Positions 13,351 to 25,689 of a stretch of 64,000 nucleotides of DNA are shown in pieces; position 1 is the first letter of the stretch, and every line of letters begins with the position of its first letter. The notes below the pieces were generated by a model. It did not search any database. It worked only from the letters and a program-made list of their open reading frames with translations, and was not told where the DNA came from. The position numbers were made by a program, and so were the translations under genes. This DNA comes from Octopus sinensis (taxonomy: Eukaryota). The stretch covers positions 34,472,001-34,536,000 of the forward strand of contig NC_042997.1 of assembly GCF_006345805.1 (NCBI RefSeq). Direction: 5' to 3'.

Positions 13351-13530
13351 TGTTTGTGTGTGCATGTGTGTGTATGTACGTGTGTGTATGTATGTTTGTG
13401 TGTGCATGTGTGTGTATGTACGTGTGTGTATGTATGTTTGTGTGTGCATGTGTGCGTATGTACGTGTGTGTATGTATGTTTGTGTGTGCATGTGTGTGTA
13501 TGTACGTGTGTGTATGTATGTGTGTGTGCG
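13351..13530. repeat. 42-bp minisatellite, ~4.3 copies, built from GT/GTAT microsatellite
   Basis: Units start at 13351, 13393, 13435 and 13477. Confidence 0.9.
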
Positions 13531-14860
13531 ATTAATTCGTATACACACATGTCTACATATAGTTATATACAAGTATATCTAATTCGATAATGTGCACTAT
13601 ATTTTATAAGCAACGTGGAAATATTTTTGTTCATTCGATGCCAGTTTACCATACAATCCGGGGATAATAAATATGAAATTACAATATCTATACACATTTG
13701 TAGTCAATAGTGAATAGTTTGTCGACGACAAATATCTCAAGCGCTTTATAACGTTAGAAAATGTTGAGAGAAACATCTGCAAAATCAGGAAGAATTACAA
13801 GGAAAGAATTGATTCATAAGAAAGGAAAATATTTCTCATTCATGCACGAACTAGAAAAATACGATAAAGAAGCTACCATCTAGTACAGATATTATGGAGA
13901 AAATATGCCATTTATTATAAGAGTTACAGAAAATATAATGAATATTGATAAATATACAGTGTTGCTCTGATTTTAAAGCTACGAGAAAAGGTTAATGCCG
14001 ACTTCTGTTCGCCATATTCATAAACTTAGTTATATGTTTGTGTTGTCTTCATTTCAGAGAATGTTATGAATTTATGTATTAGCAAATTTTTTCGGCATTT
14101 ATTCGACAATGACTCTTTTCAATCATCTAATAGAATTGAAGTCGCAGCTCTTAAATGTTAACTATCACATCGAGTCTGCGACTGAAACCACGCATGTTAG
14201 TTCACCGTTTAATTGAATGGAAAAAGACATGACGTTTCTAAGAGCAGACAATATATACTTCATAGCTGCCTTCTCTCTAGTATCTGGCCGCAAAACATTC
14301 AAGTGATGATTCATACATAGAATTCAAATTGTAAGTAGTGTGTCGTCTCCTCGAAAAAGCTGAAAGTCTACCAGTATCCATCCATCTGACTCTATAAATA
14401 GAAAAGAGTAGGTGAAGTAAAAGTTTGAATTCCTCAATTCCGCTTACTTTCTAAACAATCGCGTCGTTGTATAGTGAGACGGTAAAAGAAAATAGCAAAC
14501 CTTCTGCCTAAATCCTTATTTTCATCTCACTATTCTGAGTTCAAGTTACTCAGAGGTTGACGTTACTTACATCTCTTGAAGATTGATGATATAAGAATGA
14601 GGTGTAATCGGTATTCGGAAGGTTTTGACATAAATCTTCACCGAAATGTATTTTTACTTGAGCCTGTGCTGGAGCATTCGCTCATTCAGAAAGGGAAGCA
14701 GTAATCATCTTCTTCAAATCAGACCTCCCTGCTCAATAGAAGAAAAAACTCACAAAGACGCCTTGATTATGATCAAGAACTATGTCCTATAAGTTCATAA
14801 AACCAGATAATTATATTGGAATATCTAGTGCTGATAGACAAATTTATGGAAAAGCAAATA

Positions 14861-15585
14861 CAATGATACCTCACAGTACGAGTTTAATTCGTTCCAATAC
14901 TGAGCTTGTCTTACGATTTACTCGTTTTACAAATCAATTTTCTCCATTGAAATTAACTAAAATATAATTAATCCGTTCCAGCCCCCAAAACCAATCTAAA
15001 AATTATTTTTTATGGGTTTTAAAATACAAAATATGTAGTTACAAGAAAATGACAATTATAAAAAGAGAATGCAAAAGAAATATTGAAATTTTTTTTAACT
15101 GAATTACCTTAAAGATGGGACGATTTGTGCGCGAGGAAGACGACAGAGCAGGAAGGAGAAAGATTATTGTTTGGAAAGAGAATCTCCTTCCATTAAGGCT
15201 TCATGAAGAACAATTTCTGGCCTTTTCTCTCTCATTTCACTAAAATTTATGTTTTTTGGATATGCTTTCTTCACTTTTTACTCTTGCAGATCGTTTATCA
15301 AGAGAAGCCTGCTTTTTCCTGCATTTCAAAATATTGAGAAAATGCATCAGAGCAGTGTCATTAAATAATGAAATTGCACGACCTGTAGCTATTTTTCAGG
15401 ATGATATTTTTCTACAAATTCAGAAACATGCTGCCACTTTGCCAACACTGCCTTTATATCACTCGTAGAGTTAGCATTCTTCCGTTACACTGTTCTCCAG
15501 GAAATCAATCTCTTCTACCGCGTCCAAATGTTGCTGCTCCTGAAGCTGCAGGAGTTCATCTGTCGTCAGCTCCTCAAATGGTAAA
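14861..15585 (-). mobile_element. Tigger/pogo transposon, 3' end with transposase C-terminus and TIR
   Basis: Minus strand reads EELTTDELLQLQEQQH...KAVLAKWQHVSEFVEKYHPEK..TGRAISLFNDTALMHFLNILKCRKKQASLD...LMEGDSLSKQ* (stop at 15164-66); TIR-like caatgatacctc..tacgagtttaattcgttcc follows TA at 14859-60. Confidence 0.85.
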
Positions 15586-15867
15586 CATCTGATGAGTTAA
15601 CAAGAAGGCTTCTATGTAGTTCTTAGAAAAGCTACCAGTAATTTACTGACTTAGAAAACCGAAAGGCATATTTGGCAGTGTTGTTCTATATATGCTGCAT
15701 CCGAAACAAAATATGAGAATTGAAGCGTTGGAAATGCTATTGATGCTAATGTACTCAAGCAGGTTTGATGTTAGGTGACAATTTCTGCGAACGCCTTATC
15801 CCAACAAGTAATATGTAACGGAGATGAGCTTTCACGTTACACGGTTTTCTAATTTTAGCCAAACTAT

Positions 15868-16030
15868 AGGCGCAGGAATGGCTGTGTATTAAGTAGCTTG
15901 CTTCCCAACCACATGGTTCCAGGTTCAGTCCCATTGCGTGGCACCTTGGGCAAGTGTCTTCTACTGTAGCCTCGGGCCGACCAAAGCCTTGTGAGTGGAT
16001 TTGGTAGACGGAAACTGAAAGAAGCCCGTA

Positions 16031-16079
<49 letters not shown>

Positions 16080-16300
16080 GTGTGTGTGTGTGTGTGTGTT
16101 TGTGTGTCTGTGTTCTTCCCCCACCAACATCGCTTGGTAACCGATACTGGCGTGTTTACGTCCCCGTAACTTAGCGGTTCGCCTAAAGAAACCGATAGAA
16201 TATTGCTAGAATAAGTCCTGGGGTCGATTTCCTCGACTAAAAGGCGGTACTCCAGCATGGCCGCAGTCAAATGACTGAAACAAGTAAAAGAGTAAAGAGT
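15868..16300 (+). mobile_element. SINE family A, full length (tRNA-derived head, CORE-like accttgggcaagt, internal microsatellite, tandem TAAAAGAG-type tail)
   Basis: A-box-like tggctgtgtatt, B-box-like ggttcagtccc, tail ...aaacaagtaaaagagtaaagag. Confidence 0.9.
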
Positions 16301-16310
16301 AACCATACTA

Positions 16311-16521
16311 CGAGAGTGTGCTGAAATGTTCCTCCTTAGGGTAAAAGAAAATACAGAAGGATCAGTTAATTGTGATTTTATTCCGTATATTCGCCTCTCA
16401 GATTCACACACTCATTTCAACGGTCGTTTTTCTAAGCCCTGTAAAAGAACCCAGGAGGTTGGGCCACTAACTAGGCCTTTCGCGACACCCTTAAAGCCAG
16501 GAACTTTGCAGCACCCCTTCG
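16311..16521. mobile_element. mariner-type MITE (211 bp), copy 2
   Basis: TA at 16309-10 and 16522-23; TIRs cgagagtgtgctgaaatgttcct / aggaactttgcagcaccccttcg. Confidence 0.85.
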
Positions 16522-16559
16522 TACATTCAGTCACATTTCTGAGAACAACCACTTTAATT

Positions 16560-17480
16560 ATGTCGTCTAGCGATGAACTGTGTGACGATTGTCGTAGACA
16601 AGAATTCTTTCAAAGTAATCTTTCCTTTCTTATCTTTTAAAACCTCGATATTTAAAGAAACAGATTTACCTAGTATAAGTTATCAAGAGTCAATGGTTTT
16701 TCGCCCTTTTAAAACTTCGGTGAAAACAAGGTTATCATCGTTGATATCAGTTAGCAGAGCCTTTGACAGTGTTTCGTATGAATAACTCTCCAAACTAAGT
16801 CACCCGATGTTTATTCATATTTCATTTCATGTTTTGGAAGATTCTTTCCTGATGACTCGATCGAACATGCGCTGGTAAGGAAATTTTAAATCCATATTCA
16901 ATCAATCCTGATTGATCCTAAGATTGTGACTCCCGCACTTTTCATTTTGAATATTGACAAATCAATTCAGAAACTTTTCTATGCAGATAAAACCCTTCTC
17001 TGCTTTTTAGTCTGAGCACGCATTACTTACAGGCAATCTGAAATATTCGCACTATAACGACATATCCTCCAAGAACACGGATGTTAAGCCATGCTTCAGA
17101 GAGGATATAAACTAGATTTCTTTGACAGCCCTAATACACAATAAATTATACGTCAAATAAATAATGTTACACAACATCTCTTACAAAACTTACGTACGCC
17201 TTCGCAGTTTATATGAATGTAAGGTATCATAATCCTTGATAAGCTTTCAAGTCGACATCGCGCACATATATAGATCGCTAAAACTACATCTCTGAATAGC
17301 TTTCCATTTTAGGCCTGGAAAACAATCCATTCTAATGATATATTTATCCTTTGCAAAGCTCAAGCATTATCAACATTGAGGCTCGACTCAATAACCATAA
17401 ACTGAGCTGTCGCATTAAAATGGACATCTGAGTGCGCAGCCAAAAGGTCCTTTGGTTTATTGCCAAACTGTCGCTCACGG
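16560..17480 (+). mobile_element. Highly decayed CR1/L2-type LINE RT relic
   Basis: Collinear motif remnants GFRP..TS, SRAFDSVSY, PALFILNID..YADKTL and AAKRSFGLL. Confidence 0.5.
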
Positions 17481-18812
17481 CTAGTGTACAATCACGCGCC
17501 TTCATATTTTCTCTCTACTTTCAATCGGTACTGAACTGGCTAGTGACATATCCCTTCCACTAGGTCCACAAATCATCCTCGTGTCATCATCTGTTGTTTT
17601 TACGTACTGTGTCTTCACTTATACACTCCACATTTAGCATTTCCACTGAAATTCTGTTTTCACTGAAATTCTGTTTTCTTGAAATTCCTCTTATGTTGCT
17701 TTTAGTTTGTTGATATCTTACATAAGTTCAGTCGAAGGTCAGTTGTATAAACCTCGGTTGATAGCAGTGGCTTTCAAAGATAATGAGTGCTTTCCCTTCT
17801 TCTGGAACTAAGTAATAAGGCGATGATCGAATGGTCTTTAGAAAATAAGTCTAAGCGACAAACCAGTAACTAGTATAAAATGTTTATGTGCTACAACTAC
17901 TTTGCTCGACATTAATACTTCATTGTCGTGTTTACTTGCTAGTACTACTTTACTTGTTTGTAATACTTGATCGAAATAGATAGTGGTGATAAACAATCAC
18001 GTGATGGACGAATAGTTGTTAAATTACTGATGCATTAATCGTATTTTGTTATTTTGCTATGTGCTACTGAATAAATGTATATAATTTTTAGCTAAAATGC
18101 TGCTCGTAGACACTTGGAAACTATTTAAAACAACTAATCATTTGTAGAAAGTACTCTGTGAAGAGAAAAACAAGGATCATCTGGATGGGGTCCAGTTCTT
18201 CAAATGACATCCTATTATTAGCAACCTTTGTTAACTGTCTAAAGGTATATTGATATTATGATAATATCCTTTAGTAAATCTTAATGTGATTTGCATCAAC
18301 TAACATATTCTTTGCATAAACACTGTTATGATATGATACTATGATGTACTATGGAACAAAGGTGTACATTTAATCAACAATGACTGTATAGATAAATGTA
18401 CAAAACATATCTTTCAAACAACGTCTTGTGGAAATAAAAGGAGGGTTCAGGCATACCAGTCTCAAACAACCCACTGAAATCTTATGAGCAACAGAGTACC
18501 CACTTTAACTATCCATACACTATTAATAAATGTTTCAATAAATCGGATTCACCAATTTGTATAAATTAACTCGTTCTAGGCATTCTTTGCAGTTAATTTG
18601 GTGAATCAATTATGATGTATTTGCAGAATCTAAGAGGGGAGGGACATACGCCTTCTGATTTCTCAATGGAAGAATTGAAAGCGAGCAGTGGATATTTTTC
18701 AGGCGGCAAAAATTAATGTATAGAAGGCAAGATGCTCTCATCTGTCTACACATACTAAAACTTATAGATTTATTTCTGTAGCTCACCGTAGTAGATTACT
18801 TACACACACACA

Positions 18813-18845
<33 letters not shown>

Positions 18846-18848
18846 CAC

Positions 18849-18913
<65 letters not shown>

Positions 18914-18920
18914 CATATAT

Positions 18921-19083
18921 ACGACAGGCTTCTTTCAGTTTCCGTCTACCAAATCCACTCACAAGGATTTAGTCGGCCCGAGGCTATAGTAGAAGACACT
19001 GTCACAAGGTGCCACGCAGTGGGACTGAACCCGGAACCATGTGGTTCGTGAGCAATCTACTTACTACACAACCCCTCCTGCGC

Positions 19084-19085
<2 letters not shown>
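18921..19085 (-). mobile_element. SINE family A, head half only
   Basis: Matches the head of 28940-29105 and ends in (CA)n(TA)n with no tail beyond. Confidence 0.9.
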
Positions 19086-19119
<34 letters not shown>

Positions 19120-19144
19120 ATTATAACACGGGCTTGGCTTGTCA

Positions 19145-19465
19145 CTGGAATAATTTAGCGCCTTCAGACTATCATCACTTCGACCCCATCAAACAGGCTT
19201 TGAGAGGCAAACATTATTCCAGTGAAGAGGAAATATAAACTGTAGTGAAGAAGTGGCTCAAAGAACAGTCAACAGAATTTTACGGGGCAGAATACATGTT
19301 CTCATTCGAATGTGGAACATTGCTATTGAGACAAGGGTGACTATGTGGAGAAGTAGGGATGTGATCCACAGAAGACCAGCTTCATTTTGATGTATGATAC
19401 ATGTTCCTGTCTTGGTAATTATAACTGTCCTAAATAAAATGGCATTACTTTTTGGCTCACCTTCG
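19145..19465 (+). mobile_element. mariner transposase C-terminus with 3' TIR
   Basis: NLAPSDYHHFDPIKQALRGKHYSSEEEI*TVVKKWLKEQSTEFY..DYVEK*, then ..ggcattactttttggctcaccttcg and TA. Confidence 0.85.
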
Positions 19466-19578
19466 TACATATATATATATCTATATGGATATTTTTCAGG
19501 CGGCAAAAATTAATGTATAGAAGGCACATATATATACATATATGTATGTGTGTATGCGAGTATATATGTATATATATA

Positions 19579-19833
19579 ATTGAGTAGTTGAATGAATTAT
19601 CTTATTATGGAGAATTCGGTTAACCATAATAAACATCGCTATGGGCTCCGTGTGGGCAGTCATCTAAACGTTTTTGTGCATCATGATGCTGACATAAGTT
19701 CCTTGTTTTTCCTGATGAGAAGGCGGCATAATGCACCCCTTATTCCTTCGAAATTAGGAATATGCAGCCTTCGAAACATATGTCGAAAATAAAGGAATTT
19801 TGTTAATTCGTCGTTCAACTCCATTCTTTCATT

Positions 19834-19834
<1 letters not shown>
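19579..19834 (+). mobile_element. ~255 bp (TA)n-flanked element carrying a hammerhead ribozyme (PLE pLTR-derived or retrozyme-like)
   Basis: TA repeats on both sides; both termini shared with 34468-34745; contains the motif at 19696-19800. Confidence 0.7.
19696..19800 (+). ncRNA. Canonical type I hammerhead ribozyme
   Basis: Stem I aagttcctt-gt-ttttc / gaaaa-ta-aaggaattt; CUGAUGA 19712-18; stem II gaaggc 19719-24 / gccttc 19767-72; GAA 19773-75; palindromic stem III acatatgt 19776-83; GUC site with predicted cleavage after 19784. Confidence 0.85.
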
Positions 19835-19865
<31 letters not shown>

Positions 19866-19902
19866 TATTGAAGTTCGCTTGAAGCATTGTGTATTGTTTG
19901 TA

Positions 19903-20104
19903 AAGAATAAAAAGTTTTGAATAGTACAACAATGAACTATAATACAGAGAGTTGGCTATATACCTGTTGTAATTTAGTCATCCATAGTCTGATATGATAT
20001 TTCGGAATAATATATCAGACTATTGATGACTAAATTACAACAGGTATATAGCCAACTCTCTGTATTATAGTTCATTGTTGTACTATTCAAAACTTTTTAT
20101 TCTT
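19903..20104. repeat. 202 bp near-perfect palindrome
   Basis: 93-bp arms (19903-19995 and 20012-20104) with one mismatch; centre between 20003 and 20004. Confidence 0.95.
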
Positions 20105-20180
20105 ACGTATGTATCTGTCTATGTATATATATATACATACATAAACACATACATGCACATACACATACACACAGACACAG

Positions 20181-20239
<59 letters not shown>

Positions 20240-20252
20240 TATATACATATAC

Positions 20253-20291
<39 letters not shown>

Positions 20292-20304
20292 CATACATAC
20301 ATAC

Positions 20305-21299
20305 TGGTGGAATGTATCAGTGAAATGTAAGCCAAACAGTCCTCATATAATGATTTGGGATAGAGAAGAGAAACTGTATACAGATGTGGAAATTAGCTGC
20401 CCACCGGATATTAACATAAAGCTGAAGATCAGTGGAAAATGAACACCTATGCTGAACCGTTGAGAAATCTGCAGTTAATCTATCCAGATTACAAGTTCAG
20501 GTTTATACCGGTAATTATTAGGGCCCTGAGATATGTAACACACTGCCTAAGTACCAATATTGAGAAATTAGGTTTCTCAAAACCAGAAATGAAAAAGATA
20601 ATTCCAAGACTACAGATCCAATCCATCACTGGAACTGTAAAAATCTGTAAAATTTCCAGAAGTTTATCATTTAAATATATACAGGAGCACGTATAGCTAT
20701 GCAAGTATATGGATGAGAATGCGTATATAAAACATAGATATCTGCACATACATACATACATATACATACATACATACATACATACATACATACATGCATA
20801 CATACATACATACATACATACATACATACATACATACATACATACATACATACATGCATACATACATACATGCTTACATACATACACACATACAAAAATA
20901 CCCTGTTATTGACGTTGAAATTCCAATGAAGGAGCTTTGGATCTAGGCTGGAAACCGGTTCTTTCTCTATTGGCAAGGAATAATGAAAATAGCTGAATAA
21001 TGACATACATACATACATACATACATACATACATACATACACACATACATACATACATACATACATACATACATACATACATACATACATACATACATGC
21101 ATACATACATACATACATGCATACATACATACATACATACATACATACATGCATACATACATACATGCTTACATACATACACACATACAAAAATACCCTG
21201 TTATTGACGTTGAAATTCCAATGAAGGAGCTTTGGATCTAGGCTGGAAACCGGTTCTTTCTCTATTGGCAAGGAATAATGAAAATAGCTGAATAATGAC
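20305..21299 (+). mobile_element. RLE-type non-LTR retrotransposon 3' end (restriction-like endonuclease plus putative 3' UTR) in (CATA)n
   Basis: [71 protein letters not shown] is a PD-(D/E)xK-like RLE domain; the 5' junction directly follows catacatacatac. Confidence 0.8.
20894..21299 (+). repeat. Two identical 111-bp blocks (20894-21004 and 21189-21299) separated and followed by (CATA)n
   Basis: Directly visible; period 295 bp. Confidence 0.95.
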
Positions 21300-21324
21300 A
21301 TACATACATACATACATACATACA

Positions 21325-21355
<31 letters not shown>

Positions 21356-21564
21356 GCATATATACGTACATATATAATTTTCTGAAGGAAAAGATCGATT
21401 GTGACTTTGAAGTTTCCGTTTATTCACCCAGAATCTGACACTAGAGCAACTAATCTGAAACTTCAAGGATACTGTCAAATTTTTCTTTCCAACAATATAT
21501 GTGATACACATATATAGGGGATGATCTTTTAATTAATGTTATATCATATATATATATATATACG

Positions 21565-21622
<58 letters not shown>

Positions 21623-21857
21623 CATACAAACATACATATACATGTACACACATACACTTGAAAGATGACAATTGTAAGTCTTATTTCTGATTCCTTGTAA
21701 TAGTTATTCTTAAAGCAGCTAAAGCCACCAATATTTACTGCTGAGAGAGGAGGTTTTAAACACAACGTAATCAAACTGGTGAATATTGACTTACACTGAA
21801 ATTTCATATACCTCTATATAAATGCATTTGGATAGAAATGACAGTAGAATATCTTTC

Positions 21858-22252
21858 CTTTTATTCTTTTACTTGTATCAGTTATTAGATTGTGGCCATG
21901 CTGGGGCACTGCCTTGATATCCTATAATTCGAATGAATCGACGCCAGTACTTACTTTTTTGTTGAGCCTGATACTTATTCTATCGGGTATTTTTGCCGAA
22001 CTGCTACGTTACGGGGGATGTAAACACACCAACACCCGTTGTCCAGCGGTATTAGGGGACAAACACAAAGACGCACACATATATATATACAACAGATTTT
22101 TTGAGTTACCGTCTACCAAATACTCTCAGAAGGCTTTAGTTGGCCCGAGGCTATAGGAGAAGACACTTGTCTAAAGTTGCACGCAACGGGACTGAACCCG
22201 GAACCATGTAGTCGAGAAATAAGCTTCTTACCACACAGCCACGCCTGCGCCT
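21858..22252 (-). mobile_element. SINE family A, full length, diverged subfamily
   Basis: Tail and head both present; variant ctggggcactgccttga segment. Confidence 0.85.
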
Positions 22253-23137
22253 ATATACGTATAGAACTTGAAAACAAGCATTTATAATTACAATGTGTGG
22301 AGAATTTTTTCCAGATTTCGGAAACTATAATTTGACTGCATGGTATTTTCAACAAGAATGGTAAAAAAAGAAGAAAAATGCCAACCACTTTCACGTGAAG
22401 GGCCAGTGATGATGGAACTAAATTATATGAATCCCTGTGATAATATATCTAGGAAAAAATCAATCCTGCTAGCACACTAAAAATACATTGGAGATACCTG
22501 CAGAAGAAATGATTAAACTAGCCAATATAAACTGCAGTAAGGTGTATAATGAACGATAAATTGAAAATCCACCGACGAAAGTTTACAAATAAACAATGTT
22601 TGCAAAATATACTGATTCTATTCTCTAAATTCTTACGGCAAATTTAATCAATTTAAAGCATTAACTCAACACCTTGCGTCATAAAATCAGTTACCATACG
22701 CGAACATTCTTTTAACTACTACATCTCTTCTGACCTACAAGCTGTACACAGGAAGATAAAAATAAGCGTTTTGTCTATCGAAGAATTCAAACCCATGAAG
22801 ATCTTTAAAAATTTTGCTTTAGGATTTGGATTTCAACCATAAAAAAATCACGGCTAATTACAACCACGAAAGAATATAGTGTAACGTTATCAATAGGAGA
22901 ATGTGCACTATACATTCGTAAACATTCATAAAACTATATGAAAGCGTAAATATCACAAGGAACTAGGAAGAAACTTAATACTTGCATCCTAGCATATGAT
23001 GGTGATGTCCTGCATAAAGTTATACAATCTTATATTTAAAAGAAATGTGAAATGTTAACTTGTTTGCTATATACATAAATGTTGAACTTGGACGATAACA
23101 TTCACTTAGTAGAAAGCTATAAGCATATTGATTTCAA

Positions 23138-23300
23138 AGTTTGGCACTAGACCAGCAATCTCGGAGGAGGGTAATTATTTTATCGACTCCAAAAGGATGG
23201 AAGGCAAAATCTACCCCAGCTGAATTTAAACTCAGAACGCAAATCCAGAAGAAATACTGCTAAGTATTTTGTCCGGCGTGCTAACGATTCTGTCAGCTCG
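23138..23300 (-). mobile_element. SINE family C, degenerate
   Basis: aaggatggaaggcaaaatctaccccagctgaatttaaactcagaacg..ccggcgtgctaacgattctgtcagctcg aligns to 35390-35507. Confidence 0.7.
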
Positions 23301-24867
23301 AAACCGGGTCCTCATGATTGTGAAGTGCACTTTTTAACTATTAAACAATACATGCGTATACAAGCATATTATTAAAGGACGTAAGGAGCTCATTAATGCA
23401 AGCAGAAAGAAATATATATACCCTTTCGAATCTCCTGCCTATGACCAGCAATGTATTGATGATATAACAACTAGAGGAAGAGAAGCATGTATCCTCATTT
23501 ACTACTATTTTTAGCTGAATGGACTAGAGTAATACTAAATTAAATGCCTTGCTTACGGACACAACCCACAAACAGATGATATTTAGCCACTACTCAATCC
23601 ACTAAGTTACGCACATTCACAGTTAACTCAACCAGTACATCAGTTTGGGAGTCATAGTTAAAAAAGTGTTTAGAATAATTGACTATTGAAAAAAGTGAGG
23701 AAGATTTGTATTACGCTCGTTGCGCCTGTGTTCAGAGCTAATACCTTTAACGCTCGCTTTTAATCAAAGCAAATAATATCACGAATTATAAGTTCAAAGC
23801 TGTTGGGAGCAGGGGCACTATACAGCTAAAGAATGTTTCTTTGGTTTGCAGTGCTCGCTTCTAGTTCCTCATGAGAGTAGAATTCACATCGCAAGATTGC
23901 CACAATCATTTCCATCATCTCTATGATTCAGTAAAATATGATTAAATATAAATAGATACACGAAGAGGGTTCTTAAGGTCAATCTAAATTTTCGTAAACT
24001 TTGTAAACAATCTTACAAATATGGATCAATTTGAATGTAAACAAATAAACAAAGCCTTGATCGAAAATCAAATGGCCTTTTGGTCTTGAGATTAAACTCT
24101 ATGTTAAACTCAGCAACATAAAACTCCTTCAAGTAAGTTGTATTTTATTATTATCATCACATCTCATTTTAAATATACACATAAAAGATATTATATAAAC
24201 AGTGGACATTTCATTGTGAGTAATATTTTAGTTGCTATGCCACACAGCTGTACAGTACACCTATTAATCAATAAATGTGTTTTACTTTTACACTACCGTT
24301 TGGCATTTGTCCGCCGATGAATTTCCTTTTCCCTTGACCCGTGTGACATTTTGTAAACAACAGAAATAAGTTGATATTTGACACTAACGCTGTTTTGTAG
24401 TCCGATTTTGTAATTAAAGTATACAAACATCAATAAATAAAAAGAATCTATATGATAAAAACAAAACGACGTTGGTTAGTCAACCAGTGAACAAGTATTT
24501 AAGTAAACAGTTAAGATTAAATATGAACTAAGAATAATATTTTATTCATAGCTCAAAAATATGAAAACCTGAAATAAACAATAATTACTATTACACTAGG
24601 TTTCGCTGGTCTAAATTGCTTGGTGGTTAAGAACTGGTTTCATTTTTGTTCTCTTTATAACGTTGTTATAAAGAGGTGTTTCTTTGTGCCCTTATCTTCA
24701 GTTACTAATGCAGACATTGGCGAGTAAATAGTAGAACTTCTAGTCAATTGAGTACAAGGGTGGATAACCAGAGGTGGAAACTATCATACATGTGTACAAA
24801 GATATGGACACACACACACACACATACACACACATACGCACACTCTCACTCACACTCTCACTCACAC

Positions 24868-24898
<31 letters not shown>

Positions 24899-25229
24899 AT
24901 ATAAAGGTTTCCACCTCAGGTCTTTTAGCATTTTGCTGATACTCTTTGCTCTACTTTTTTACCTTCTATGTCTAGAGAAAAAAACCAATGTCCATGACAC
25001 TTGCAGCTTCTCCGAGACCAGTGAAGTTGAATTAAACAATGTTTCGTGTAAATAGTTGCAGTCTGATATATTTAAAAGAGACCCATGCTAGGAAGTTATT
25101 TCAAAAGGATTTCCTTATTATCTGGGTGGAAGTGGAGAATGACTGTAGTGATTAGAGAGGAGTCTGGGGAAATGGGCACAACAAGAATACTATCATAGTA
25201 CTTCTGTTAATTCAGAGGGGTGAGACAGC

Positions 25230-25450
25230 TCGACTGTGGCCTAGAAGAGTGTCTGCGTGTAGTTTTATGCCAATCGAATTGCATCTTTCTGGATTCAGTC
25301 AACGATGTCCGTCTGAAGAGTAACCACATCGTCCCAGCTTTGGACACAATTCTCCATTGTGGTCCTGACTTGAATGTTAGAAATTTCTCGGAGTTGAAAT
25401 ATTTTCTGTCCCTAAAGAGAATGGCCATTCTTTACGATGTGTTCATAGTT
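25230..25450 (-). mobile_element. CR1/L2-type LINE C-terminal relic
   Basis: QVRTTMENCVQSW...IVD*IQKDAIRLA resembles QIRP.MEYC..W...LD.IQK.AIRL. Confidence 0.45.
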
Positions 25451-25689
25451 ATATGAAGGTGAGTTTTAATCAGGAGAGATGATCGCTGATAGTGAGAGCA
25501 AACATTTGGAGTGACCGTGAAGGCTGTAGCTGAGTGCTTAGCATGATTATACGGATGTGGCTTCATATTAATTTAATGGTGCCAATTGTACTTTTGTAAT
25601 TTTCTATGGAAAATGATTGTCAAAACCCCACAGGAGGATTCTTTCGAGATATGCCTTCGCGGAATTAGTGTACGAACAGGACTAGTTCT

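Noticed and set aside
13351-13530. Regularly spaced repeats as a CRISPR-like array (also 20894-21299)
   Set aside because: There are no unique spacers, the context is eukaryotic, and the units are microsatellite-derived.
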